Positions 8,888 to 19,153 of a stretch of 57,421 nucleotides of DNA are shown in pieces. The stretch's first letter is position 1. Each line of letters begins with the position of its first letter. Source of the DNA: Promethearchaeota archaeon (GTDB taxonomy: Archaea > Asgardarchaeota > Lokiarchaeia > Sigyniarchaeales > SOKP01). Where the stretch lies: positions 1-57,421 of the forward strand of contig SHMW01000018.1 in NCBI GenBank assembly GCA_008080735.1, in the 5' to 3' direction. Below the pieces are notes generated by a model. It had not been told where the DNA came from, did no database searches, and saw nothing but the letters and a program-made list of their open reading frames with translations. The position numbers were made by a program, and so were the translations under genes.

Positions 8888-9715
8888 TCAATAGTGATTA
8901 GTTATTTGCGTATTTAGCTCGTGTCCACAATAATGACAATAAATTGCTTTTGGAAGATTTTCTGAACCGCATTTTTCACATATTAGGACATTTTCTTTTA
9001 TTTTTTTAGACGCGCTAATCTTTTCATATTCATCATAGAGGGCATCTAATTCACATTTTTTAAGGTAAAACTTATACTTTTTGACATTATCGCTGATTAA
9101 ATCGATAATTTCTTTCCAAGTATTCCAATCCCCTGAATTTTGTTCCAGAACCGATGTAGTTTTGTTGGATCCAAATATAAGGTTATCTCCCTCGGAAATA
9201 AAAACATTTTCGCTTCCGGGTTCAATATTCAATCTAATTTTTTTTAATCGTTTTTTAGTTTTCCTATTTTCAAGTATACCGAAATCAGAACTGTCCAAAA
9301 TGTATTGAATGAACTCAGTTTTAAGTTTTAGTTGATTATTTTTATTTTTTTCGAAACATATATGATCTTCTGGAATCCTATTTTTCACAAATTCTCTTCT
9401 TCTTCTGATCTCTTGTGAGATTTTCTCTTGAACGCCACTTATCTTCATTTTGATGCTTTCCAATTCCCTATCTTCAGAGATATTCTTATCTCCCGTTTCA
9501 TATTGAAGCTTTGGTTTTTGGTGATCATTCTTGCTGGTATCTTCTATGAGGGGAAAGTTTTGCTGAAATGATCGCTTTTTTATTTGGTTGATGGGTTTTC
9601 TTTGAATACTCCCCTTATTTAAACGCCTGGAGTAATTTACTCTATTCTGTTGAGAAAAATCGCTATAAAAATTTCTACTACCATGTCTTTTTCTTCCATG
9701 CATTTTAATTATCAC
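8888..9715 (-). CDS. Hypothetical protein with basic low-complexity N-terminus and C-terminal zinc ribbon
   Basis: C-terminal CEKCG...AIYCHYCG; Arg/Lys/Gln-rich N-terminus. Confidence 0.72.
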   Translation of the reverse strand: MIIKMHGRKRHGSRNFYSDFSQQNRVNYSRRLNKGSIQRKPINQIKKRSFQQNFPLIEDTSKNDHQKPKLQYETGDKNISEDRELESIKMKISGVQEKISQEIRRRREFVKNRIPEDHICFEKNKNNQLKLKTEFIQYILDSSDFGILENRKTKKRLKKIRLNIEPGSENVFISEGDNLIFGSNKTTSVLEQNSGDWNTWKEIIDLISDNVKKYKFYLKKCELDALYDEYEKISASKKIKENVLICEKCGSENLPKAIYCHYCGHELNTQITNHY

Positions 9716-9891
9716 TCCTTTAGAACTCTTAATTTATTTAATATTTATTCATACTAATTATTGGCTAGTGAATATATATTCATAAACCCATATAAATCTT
9801 ATTCTTATTGAAGTAAACGACTTTATAGATTATTAGAGTATACTTTAATTTTAGCGAATGATTATTCAGAATATTAAAGGTAGGTAAAAAA

Positions 9892-10671
9892 ATGAAAAAG
9901 AAGGTATGTTTTGCAGGAAAAGGTGGTGTAGGGAAAAGTAGCTGCGTAATCCTCTTTTTAAAATATATTATTGCAAATTTTCCAGAAAGTAAAAAGCTGA
10001 TAATCGATGCGGACCCTGATGCGAATATCCTCGATTTGCTTAACGAATCATTAGGATTATATGGCACGATTGGTGGAGAAATAATTGAACTTAAGAAAAA
10101 AATTGACCGCAAGGAAGTGCCTCCTAATGTATCTGAAAGAAAATTAATTGAAGAGACTATCCTCAAAAATATAAAAAAGAATAGGCAATTCGATGTGGTC
10201 GTTCAAGGAAGAAGAGAAGGAGAAGGTTGTTATTGCTCTGTAAATAATGTTGTCAAAAGCATCATTGATACCTTGGAAGAAATATACCAGTTTGTGATTA
10301 TTGACTCCCCTGCAGGGTTGGAATTCTTCTCAAGAAAAACAGCAAAAGACATTGACGATTTAATTTTAGTAACAGATATGAGTAAGATGAGCTTTCATAC
10401 TATAGAAAGATTGATAGAAATTAAAGAAGAAGTAGAAGCCAAATTCCGAAATATCTGGATATTGGTAAACAAATATAATGCGAATACTAAAGCACCCTTT
10501 ATTAAACGTATTGAAGAGTTTTCTAATGGAGAGGCTCGTTTACTTGGATTTCTAGATTACAACCCCGAAATCCAGAGAATAAATTTTGAAACTAAATCTT
10601 TGCTTGAAATATCTAAGGATAATCCAATTTACCACCAAGCTCAGGAAGTATTTTCCAGTCTTTTTAAATGA
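9892..10671 (+). CDS. cooC: CooC/AcsF-like nickel-insertion ATPase (MinD/ParA class)
   Basis: Deviant Walker A GKGGVGKS, IDADPDAN, EGCYC metal motif, DSPAGLEFFSR. Confidence 0.85.
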   Translation: MKKKVCFAGKGGVGKSSCVILFLKYIIANFPESKKLIIDADPDANILDLLNESLGLYGTIGGEIIELKKKIDRKEVPPNVSERKLIEETILKNIKKNRQFDVVVQGRREGEGCYCSVNNVVKSIIDTLEEIYQFVIIDSPAGLEFFSRKTAKDIDDLILVTDMSKMSFHTIERLIEIKEEVEAKFRNIWILVNKYNANTKAPFIKRIEEFSNGEARLLGFLDYNPEIQRINFETKSLLEISKDNPIYHQAQEVFSSLFK

Positions 10672-10799
10672 TTTTTATCAGATATTTCCCATAAAAATAG
10701 ATAAATACCTCAAGATTTCCCTTAGCAAATACTTAAATAGCAGGCAATTCCAATATATTAGCACTCAACTATATTTAATATTAGAGAGAGGAAATTATA

Positions 10800-11168
10800 A
10801 TGTCAAAAGAAGATGAAATGCTTGAAGAGCTTAAGCAAATAAAAGAATTTTTAAAGCCACCTCCGCCTCCACCCCCACCAAAAAATATTTTAGAAGAATT
10901 TAAAAACTTTCTGAATAAGTATAAAGTAATGGGCTTGGCGGTTGCATTCATTATGGGGATTTACTTGGGAAATCTGGTAAAATCATTAGTGGATAATATG
11001 GTTATGCCAATAGTAGAATTTTTTACACCCGAGGGGATAACCTGGGAAACGTTGATGATTGGGCCGTTTGGAGTAGGAGCTTTTATAGGGGAATTGATCA
11101 CGTTTATAATAATAGCGCTTGTTATATTTTTGCTGGTTAAATTCACGAATAGACTGGGAATAAAATAA
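10800..11168 (+). CDS. mscL: Large-conductance mechanosensitive channel (atypical termini)
   Basis: EEFKNFL..YKVMGLAVAFIMG...LVKSLVDNMVMPIV and G.FIGELITFIIIALVIFLLVK match the MscL S1/TM1/TM2 segments. Confidence 0.88.
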   Translation: MSKEDEMLEELKQIKEFLKPPPPPPPPKNILEEFKNFLNKYKVMGLAVAFIMGIYLGNLVKSLVDNMVMPIVEFFTPEGITWETLMIGPFGVGAFIGELITFIIIALVIFLLVKFTNRLGIK

Positions 11169-11190
11169 TAAAGAGCGTTTTTATTTTTTT

Positions 11191-14100
11191 TTATTGAAAT
11201 ATCCTTTCGTATACTTTTACAAATCCCGTGTGAATTTCTTTCGAATATTGATCTATGAGATTGATTAAAGGTTCCAATTCATCATATATCTCGTTCTTGA
11301 CCATCATATTAAGTGCTTCAGCATATGTTTTAATTTCCGGATTTTCAATAGGGAGTTTAAATCCAATTAATTGTGATTCTCCATTATTCCATACAGCATT
11401 TTTACCAAAAATCGTTTTTTTGTTCTCACTTGATATTTCTTTAAGAATATGAAGATTTACAGGAAAATAAAGCTCATCAGTGCCATTTTTTTCTAGTTTA
11501 GTATCAAGTAGATCTTTATAACTTTCTTCAGTTAATAAGGCTTGATCTATATATTTTCGAAAAGAATCGCTTACAGTTGTAGAGGATTCAATTAGTTTCT
11601 TTGCTGTCTCACCGTCATAACGACCTTCATTAATTAGATACATCCTTATATCAATTGGGAGCTCGTAATGGGTTGTATTTAGAATTGATCGAATCCTAAT
11701 CTTATTGATATCCTCAAAATCGTATTCACTTAAAGTATGGTTATCAATTTCTTCCCAAATAATCTCTTTAACATCTTCAACCATATTCGAAATGATTTTT
11801 TCTCTATGAGTGTATTGGGGAGGGTCATATGAAATTTTATTTAGTACATACTGAATGTCATGTTTAAAATACTCCTCCAGATTTGAAATATCCTCAATTA
11901 GAGAATCAAGTCCTTTTTCTGAGATTTTTTCTAAGTTAAAATCTCTTGATATATGGTTCTTATCCTTATGATCCCCTCTAAGGAAATATTTCCTGTCTGA
12001 TTTAGATACATTTCCAGCTATTGTTCGTAAGATCTCAATATTCTTATCTTTGAGTAAGTAAAGTTCATCGGGAATTGTAGGCCTCCGCTTTCGTCCACCG
12101 TTAAGATAATCCTGTAATTTATTAAAGAATTTTGGAATTTTACTCTTTAATCTTTTCTTAAAAGATTCATCCTCAAATCTGTTTGCAAGAAAATGAACAA
12201 ATTTTTGAAAATTATTGGGGAGGTGAAATGATTGTATTAGCATTTCAGAGCTCTCAAAATTAGTTTCTTTCAGATAATCAGCCAAATAATTCATCATAAA
12301 TTTCAAATTAAAAAAATCAGATTTACTATGATATTTCTCAATATTTTCAAATAATTTGTTTAAATAGAGAATTCCATAAACTAGATTAAGGTGAAATATT
12401 ATCATGTTCAACTTTTTTGTAAAAAATTCACCCGGATCAATCTTTACTTTTAGATCTGTTGTAAGTATTTTCTTTACATCCTCAAAAGAAAATTTTCCAA
12501 AATAATCTTCATATATTTTTGCATAAATCCCTACTAAAGCTTCTAAAAGCAAATTATAAGATTTATATTTATATTGTATATCGGATTCCCTAATTAATGA
12601 TTCTGGATTTATAATCGAATTAATCATTCCTTTAATATGGTTATATTGAGGTAGATCCAAGAATTGATTATTTATTTTATCAAGTTTTTGATAAAATTGT
12701 CTAAACTGACTGATATTGTGAATATTTTTCAGTGTTTCTTTTAAATTAATAATTTTATTTGTATCACTAATATAATCTTCATAATCTTCTATTTTGCTAA
12801 TTAATTCATTCACTTTCTTAGATTTTTCCTTATCGACGAGTTTAGAAAGAGACTCAATCAACTCATCTATGATTTTTTTATCATCCTCTAAATAATTTCT
12901 CAAGAGTGATTTAGGATATGATATAATCTGATCATAATTTGTTTTCTCTCCGAAAATTTTCTCCTTATCTTCTAATTTTTCCATTTTGTTAAGAATATCG
13001 TCAAGATAAGTTATATCCCTTTCATAATACCGAATTAAATCTGTTCTTTCCTTTGTTTTAGGTTTTGAATTCAGTAGAATTTCATCTCTAATGAAGAATA
13101 CCCCTTTTTTCAAATCTTCATTTGCGTCTGCTTTATACTTTTCAATAAAGTTGTCTAAAAATTTGAAGAAATCCGCCATCTCATATTTTTTTGTGTAATC
13201 TTCATATTCAGAAATTTGAGTATTTATTTTTTGAATCCACTTTTTGAAAATTTTTGAAGAATTTCTTAATTCTTGCAGTATTATATTCGGTTTAGAATTC
13301 GCAACATCGAGAATTTGGATGAAAGATTCTTTATAATTATTAGGTAAGCTTAGATTATTTATTGTTTTATATATTTCCTCATTTAAACCCGTAGCCTTAA
13401 TAATTTCAGAACAGAAATTAAGAGAATATGAATCTAAAGCTATAACGGGATTCCTTTTTTTAATAGAAAAAGGATTTTCAATGAAGTTCTCATACAAATA
13501 ATCTCCTAAAAAATTTCTGATAAGCTGAATGGCATAATATTTTATTAAATCCTCTGTATAGATTTTTTTTAAGCATTTATCTAACAAAGATGGGAAACTA
13601 AATTTCTGTATTTTTTTTAAGAATATTTTAGCTTGATTAGTTATTTTTCTGATAATGAGAGATTTGATATCTCCAAAATAGGTCAATACATATTTAAATT
13701 TTCTATAAGAGTGGAAAATTTCATTATAAAGAGAATCGATAACCCGAATAATCAGATTATCGCGCATTTGGTTTATTTTTTGATTGACATATCTCCGATA
13801 ATCCTTTAGCACTATATTTTTATCATTATTCAATTCCATGTATTCTAATTCTAGTTGTAGAGGTCCATTTGTGTTTGATGAACTTCCACCTTTTTTTAAT
13901 TCGTTCAATAAAATACTATTGTGCTTTTTGTTTTGAAATCTTACACTTTCATTAAATGCATGGTCAAATTTGTGTTGTATCTTACTCAAATACTCAGAAT
14001 TTTCAGTATTAATCATTTGTCTTATTAATGAAATGATTGATTCAAGATTGTTTTTTAACTCATTCAATTTCAAATAATATTGTTTGGCATCGTCTTTATC

Positions 14101-15189
14101 GATACATTCCGCTTCAATCAATGCACGATTTATTTCTTTTTCCTTGAAATTCGTCAATTTGGTTATTTGATTCAATATGCCCGATTCTCCATCTTGGGAA
14201 TATTCTTGTTTGATTTTTGATATGAAATCATCACAACTCTCTACTTTTGGCAAAGCTTTTTTTAACTTCGATAAAACCCTAAAATTTTCTTCTTGAAATC
14301 TTGTGCTTATCACAGAGATGATCTCATCAAGTAGAATTTGTGTTCGTTCAATAGCAGTAGTTAATGCTCTTTTATTCATAAATCTGGTCTCTTGTTTATC
14401 TTGATACCTTCTAAAATCCTCTCCTAAATTTTGGAATGAGTTATTCTCACCATATATTTTTAAATTCCTAATATAGGTCATATCACGTTCAAATTCTAAA
14501 AATTCCCTTATTTCTTCTTGAATAAATTCTTTAGTTTCCTTGATTTCACGACTATAATTTTCCTGATTACATGTTGAATTTAATGAAATTCGAGATAACA
14601 ATTTCATTAAAACCTTTGTATCCTTGCTAAAAATCGTTTTTAAACTTTTTTCAACGAGATCCTCAAGTATTTTATTGCTTTCGCCAAAAATTTGTATGTC
14701 TTTATAGTGAAATGAATTAATGAGATGATTCAAGATGTCTATATAAATAATCGGGTCGATTGTTCTTTCTGGTGTTAACTCTCCAAGCATATAACGGTAG
14801 ATAATCTCATCATTCAAGGATTTAATAAATCTTAATATTTTATTATAAGCATATTCTTCCATTTCCGGACCAGACACTTGTAGCATCGTAGTTATGACCG
14901 GAATTGAAGTTTGCCCATGGTCTGAATTGATTTGACTTCCCCATGTGCTATAAAGAATTAAACGTTTTGCTCCACCTTTGAGGTTTTCGAAATTATATTT
15001 GCTAACCTCATCAGATGTAACCATCTCTTGACTGAGATTTTGACTTGCTGTAACATATCCAGCTATTATATCTAAATCTGCTAATTTACTCCCTTCATTT
15101 CCACATTTTCCTATGGCAATACCCATATCTGAATTGATATTGAGGAACCATACATTTCTTACCAGATTATTTTCCAAAGTTAATTTCAC
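11191..15189 (-). CDS. Large (1332 aa) helical protein with a probable N-terminal longin/roadblock-like domain
   Basis: Long uninterrupted ORF. N-terminal VWFLNINSDMGIAIG...DLDIIAGYVTASQNLSQEM resembles the longin beta-beta-alpha pattern; the remainder is K/E/I/L-rich and helical. Confidence 0.75.
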   Translation of the reverse strand: MKLTLENNLVRNVWFLNINSDMGIAIGKCGNEGSKLADLDIIAGYVTASQNLSQEMVTSDEVSKYNFENLKGGAKRLILYSTWGSQINSDHGQTSIPVITTMLQVSGPEMEEYAYNKILRFIKSLNDEIIYRYMLGELTPERTIDPIIYIDILNHLINSFHYKDIQIFGESNKILEDLVEKSLKTIFSKDTKVLMKLLSRISLNSTCNQENYSREIKETKEFIQEEIREFLEFERDMTYIRNLKIYGENNSFQNLGEDFRRYQDKQETRFMNKRALTTAIERTQILLDEIISVISTRFQEENFRVLSKLKKALPKVESCDDFISKIKQEYSQDGESGILNQITKLTNFKEKEINRALIEAECIDKDDAKQYYLKLNELKNNLESIISLIRQMINTENSEYLSKIQHKFDHAFNESVRFQNKKHNSILLNELKKGGSSSNTNGPLQLELEYMELNNDKNIVLKDYRRYVNQKINQMRDNLIIRVIDSLYNEIFHSYRKFKYVLTYFGDIKSLIIRKITNQAKIFLKKIQKFSFPSLLDKCLKKIYTEDLIKYYAIQLIRNFLGDYLYENFIENPFSIKKRNPVIALDSYSLNFCSEIIKATGLNEEIYKTINNLSLPNNYKESFIQILDVANSKPNIILQELRNSSKIFKKWIQKINTQISEYEDYTKKYEMADFFKFLDNFIEKYKADANEDLKKGVFFIRDEILLNSKPKTKERTDLIRYYERDITYLDDILNKMEKLEDKEKIFGEKTNYDQIISYPKSLLRNYLEDDKKIIDELIESLSKLVDKEKSKKVNELISKIEDYEDYISDTNKIINLKETLKNIHNISQFRQFYQKLDKINNQFLDLPQYNHIKGMINSIINPESLIRESDIQYKYKSYNLLLEALVGIYAKIYEDYFGKFSFEDVKKILTTDLKVKIDPGEFFTKKLNMIIFHLNLVYGILYLNKLFENIEKYHSKSDFFNLKFMMNYLADYLKETNFESSEMLIQSFHLPNNFQKFVHFLANRFEDESFKKRLKSKIPKFFNKLQDYLNGGRKRRPTIPDELYLLKDKNIEILRTIAGNVSKSDRKYFLRGDHKDKNHISRDFNLEKISEKGLDSLIEDISNLEEYFKHDIQYVLNKISYDPPQYTHREKIISNMVEDVKEIIWEEIDNHTLSEYDFEDINKIRIRSILNTTHYELPIDIRMYLINEGRYDGETAKKLIESSTTVSDSFRKYIDQALLTEESYKDLLDTKLEKNGTDELYFPVNLHILKEISSENKKTIFGKNAVWNNGESQLIGFKLPIENPEIKTYAEALNMMVKNEIYDELEPLINLIDQYSKEIHTGFVKVYERIFQ

Positions 15190-15442
15190 CTATTTTCTAA
15201 AGAATACTCGAAGGAGTTAAAAATAATGCAAAACTTGTTTAAACCCTATTATGATAATTATTCAATAAAAAAGAAATTATAGTTTTATTTAAATTATCTC
15301 CATTAAATTTATTTAGTAAATTATGGATATATTTTTGGCTAATAGAGCAGTGCCTTAAATACATTGAAATGTTTTAGTACTAAATAACTCGGATTCCTCT
15401 ATTAGCGTCAAGAATTATTTGAAATCGGGTGTATTTTTATTA

Positions 15443-16381
15443 TTATTTTTTTCTTTTCATTGTCTCCAAAAATGCCTGTATTGTACCAAAGGTATCATAT
15501 TTTGGCTTCCATTCAAGAATTTTCTTAGCTTTTGAGGAATCTACTATGATCGGATATTTAGCAATCCGCAACCACCCGGGATCAGCTTCTGGAATTATAC
15601 GCAATCTATAAAAAATATTCATGAAAAATAAAGCAGGACGATAGGGTACATTAATTATTTTCTTATTCAATCGCTCAGCAATTACCTCCGAAGATAAAGG
15701 GTTGTCAGCGCCTAGATTAAATGCTCCTGCCAGATCCTTCTTCAATGCCAAATAAAAGGCTTGAGCAACATCTTCAGCCCAAACATATTGGGTGAGATTC
15801 TTAGGAAAAAATGAATAGATTCTTTCTTTTTGAAAGGAATTTTGGAAAAAGTTATTTATATTCTCGCCAAGGAATATATGCGGTCGTAATCGAACAATGT
15901 TCATGTCAGGATGTTGTTGTTCCAATTTATCGAGAAATTTTTCAACAACGTACTTCGTTTCATGATAATAATATGGTTTTTCCATTAATCGTATTGGGTG
16001 CTCTTCGGTGATTGGAATGGGATTATTTTCAAAAGAACCATAGGCAGCTACAGAACTCGCATGAATAATTTTACTTATGCCCGCCTTTATAGCACACTTG
16101 AAAATATTCTTGCTTCCTTCAATATTGATAGAATACATCTCTTTTTCACTCTTAAGTGGGCTCACGATAAATGCAAGATGAATTATTGCATCATAACCAT
16201 TAAGTTGATTTTTTATTGAAGGATCTCTTACATCCTTCCGAATGAATTTAAGCTTATTAGATCTAAAAGAAGGTTTGACCAAATCAATTCCCAACACTTC
16301 TTCTATTTCATTATCGTTTTCCAAAAAGGGGTAAAGTTCGGAGGCTAAATATGAGGAAATACCTGTAATTACAACTCTCAT
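15443..16381 (-). CDS. NAD-dependent epimerase/dehydratase (extended SDR)
   Basis: MRVVITGISSYLA, IHLAF, SSVAAYG, YHETK (YxxxK); start moved to ATG 16381. Confidence 0.9.
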   Translation of the reverse strand: MRVVITGISSYLASELYPFLENDNEIEEVLGIDLVKPSFRSNKLKFIRKDVRDPSIKNQLNGYDAIIHLAFIVSPLKSEKEMYSINIEGSKNIFKCAIKAGISKIIHASSVAAYGSFENNPIPITEEHPIRLMEKPYYYHETKYVVEKFLDKLEQQHPDMNIVRLRPHIFLGENINNFFQNSFQKERIYSFFPKNLTQYVWAEDVAQAFYLALKKDLAGAFNLGADNPLSSEVIAERLNKKIINVPYRPALFFMNIFYRLRIIPEADPGWLRIAKYPIIVDSSKAKKILEWKPKYDTFGTIQAFLETMKRKK

Positions 16382-16464
16382 ATAAATATTTATATTATTA
16401 GGCTCTTTAAATATTCTAAAAAAATTTTCATTAGAAATAATATATATTTTATTCATCTTAATCA

Positions 16465-16812
16465 GTGAAGAAAATGAAATTCAATCTGAAGAAAAATTGT
16501 ATTGATTGTGGGAAAAAGGAATTTTACTATGGAGCGAAACTCAATAAAAATATCAAGGACACATATCTTGGGATGGGGTATTTAGAACAAAATGAAGATA
16601 AAAGAAAAATAGGACCTGGTAGACATCATGAGGAGATATTATGCGTTTTAAATGGGAGATTACAGATATCATCCGGAGATGAGGCGGAGGAATTGAAAGA
16701 GGGGGAAGTATATTTTTTAGAAGATGGGAAAAAAATTCACCTTAGAAATTTAACGGATGAAAGAGTTTATTTTGTGGTGGCGGGAGGTCATACAAAACAT
16801 CATAAGCATTAA
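16465..16812 (+). CDS. Cupin domain protein
   Basis: HHEEILCVLNG...LKEGEVYFL...IHLRN cupin motifs. Confidence 0.8.
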   Translation: MKKMKFNLKKNCIDCGKKEFYYGAKLNKNIKDTYLGMGYLEQNEDKRKIGPGRHHEEILCVLNGRLQISSGDEAEELKEGEVYFLEDGKKIHLRNLTDERVYFVVAGGHTKHHKH

Positions 16813-16989
16813 CTCATCTTCTTTCTTTCAAAAACTCAATAATTTAGAATATTGATGTTCTTTCGCAATCTTGGATTATATCATCTTCAAACCCCATTAG
16901 ATTTGGGAAGAATTCGGATATTCCTAGAGAGAATGAGAATAATTATTTTATATAGAAGTATGAAGAATTAATATACAAGGTTTTTTAAA

Positions 16990-17652
16990 ATGAATCTAAA
17001 TAAAAAGGCTTATTTACTCGAAATATTAAGCATTGTTGTATTTATAGTCCTAATTCTAATTGCCATGTTTACATACGGAGGAGGAACCAAGTTTGATTCA
17101 ACTATTACGGGTTATTCATTTTGGGGGAATACTTTTAGTGATTTAGGAAGAACAATATCGTATAGTGGAAATGTCAATATCATTTCAATGGTGTTGTTTT
17201 CAATCGCTTATCTTGGAATTACGTTTGGTTTCCTTCCCTTTTACTATGTTTTTCCAAGAGTATTTAAGAATGGAACTATCCAAATGAAATGCGCCAAACT
17301 TGGCTCTATATTTGGTTATATTTCTTCAATTGGATTTTTTGGAGTTGTTCTCACCCCTGCAGATCTATTACGTCCACCTCATATGATATTAGCAATTATT
17401 GCCTACGCGTGTATTTTTTTTATGAGTCTCTTTTATTCCGTTTCTCTGCTGAAGAGTTCGGAATTTTCAAATAGCTACTTCTATCTTTTTGTAGTTTTTT
17501 CAATCTTATTCTTTATTACCTTGATGATGCAGCTTGTAGGTGATTTAATAGCTAATAGGATTATGGCTGTTATAGGGCAGAAAATAGGTAGGATCGCGAT
17601 TTTTATTACATATCCCATCCTAACCTATAAACTCTGGAAATTGGAGAAATAA
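16990..17652 (+). CDS. Membrane protein (DUF998-like)
   Basis: YGGG...GYSFWGNTFSDLG followed by 5-6 TM helices with a conserved His. Confidence 0.75.
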   Translation: MNLNKKAYLLEILSIVVFIVLILIAMFTYGGGTKFDSTITGYSFWGNTFSDLGRTISYSGNVNIISMVLFSIAYLGITFGFLPFYYVFPRVFKNGTIQMKCAKLGSIFGYISSIGFFGVVLTPADLLRPPHMILAIIAYACIFFMSLFYSVSLLKSSEFSNSYFYLFVVFSILFFITLMMQLVGDLIANRIMAVIGQKIGRIAIFITYPILTYKLWKLEK

Positions 17653-17792
17653 AAACAAATTTTTCAAGTTTTATCTATTTTTTTCTAATCCTTACCACGA
17701 GAAGTCTATTCTGGAAAGCTTTAGTATGTAATATATGCTCATCATCTTTTTATCATAATCTTTATACTAAATTCAGTTATGAAAAAGAGATT

Positions 17793-18446
17793 TTACTCTT
17801 TAAAGCGATTTTTCATGTCAGTAATAATTTCCATAAAATCTACAAATTCCATATGAGTGATTTCTTCTTCTTTGCATAGATTTGCTAGTTTTGAATTCTT
17901 CACGACGTAAGCATAATCCGCAACTCGTACCCCTTCGAAATCTGACAACCCATTTCCAATATATATTGAGATATTGTCTATTTTATTGTATTTAAGGACT
18001 ATATCTTGTTTAAAATTTTTTGATTTTTTATCCTCTAAAGGGGGAAAGGTAAGCCTCACTTTATTATTCAGAAACTCGGTTTTAGGGGAATATAAGGGAA
18101 TATTATACGAATTATTAAACTGTTCCATATAATAATTTATCGCAAAATCGAGTCCTGCGCTTAAAATTATAAATGGTATATTGTTCTGATGGCAAAATTC
18201 AATGAATTTTTCTGTGTTAGGACGTAAATTCACGCTCTTAATTAATACTTCGAGAATCTCTTCTTTGTTACCTTTCAACATTTCAAATTGCGTTTTTATG
18301 CATTCCTCGAGGGTAATTTCTTCACTTTCCAGCAATTTATCATAATGTCTCCAATCCTCATCCGTGAAATTATCGAGTGCCACGACTCCAGTATCTTCAA
18401 TAGTGATTGTTCCGTCAAAATCGCATAAAATAACAAGGTTTTTCAT
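17793..18446 (-). CDS. MtnX-like HAD-IB phosphatase
   Basis: CDFDGTIT..D, ILSAG, K, YIGNGLSD HAD motifs I-IV. Confidence 0.88.
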   Translation of the reverse strand: MKNLVILCDFDGTITIEDTGVVALDNFTDEDWRHYDKLLESEEITLEECIKTQFEMLKGNKEEILEVLIKSVNLRPNTEKFIEFCHQNNIPFIILSAGLDFAINYYMEQFNNSYNIPLYSPKTEFLNNKVRLTFPPLEDKKSKNFKQDIVLKYNKIDNISIYIGNGLSDFEGVRVADYAYVVKNSKLANLCKEEEITHMEFVDFMEIITDMKNRFKE

Positions 18447-18679
18447 TGGAATGAGCTTGAAATGTTAATCTTCCTAACTATTCTAATTAATTTTTGCATA
18501 TCAAATTTCCTACATCCAATTTAATAAGCAATAGGACATAAATTGATATTTATTTTCTAAAAAAAAAATCTAGCTCTATATTTACTTCAAAAATTAGACG
18601 ATGGATTCCGTTTTATTTTAACAACCTTAAAATTTTATATCTTTACTTCCTTCTCAATTTTAAAAGAAGAGAATAGCTT

Positions 18680-19039
18680 ATGCAAAATAAAACCGGAAAA
18701 AACTTATATGAAATTCTTGGAATAGATGAAGATGCCGATGAGCGCGAAATCAAGATCGCTTATCGCAAACTAGCTAAAAAATATCATCCGGACGTCAATA
18801 AGACAGACCCGAACGCAAAAGAAAAATTTATAGAAATTAAAGAGGCTTATGAAACATTAAAGGATCCTCAAAGCCGAGAAGAGTATGATTATCAGAGAAA
18901 ACACGGAACCTATGAAAATCTTAGAGATATTTACGGTCGCCATGAATTTAATCATATAAGAGATATTTTGCGAGAAATTTTTGGTCAGCAAAGCAGAGCT
19001 AGCTATAATCGACCTCCCCCTGAAGGAATGTATATATAA
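18680..19039 (+). CDS. Small J-domain (DnaJ class C) protein
   Basis: YEILG...[17 protein letters not shown]...[11 protein letters not shown]. Confidence 0.93.
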   Translation: MQNKTGKNLYEILGIDEDADEREIKIAYRKLAKKYHPDVNKTDPNAKEKFIEIKEAYETLKDPQSREEYDYQRKHGTYENLRDIYGRHEFNHIRDILREIFGQQSRASYNRPPPEGMYI

Positions 19040-19153
19040 TTTCAGATAATTATTGAATCAATTACTAGTGGAAGTTATTGATCAAATGAAGAAAGAACTT
19101 AAAAAAAAAATAAAAAGTTTAATTGAAAATTGAAGTAAAAAACCTAATAAGAG

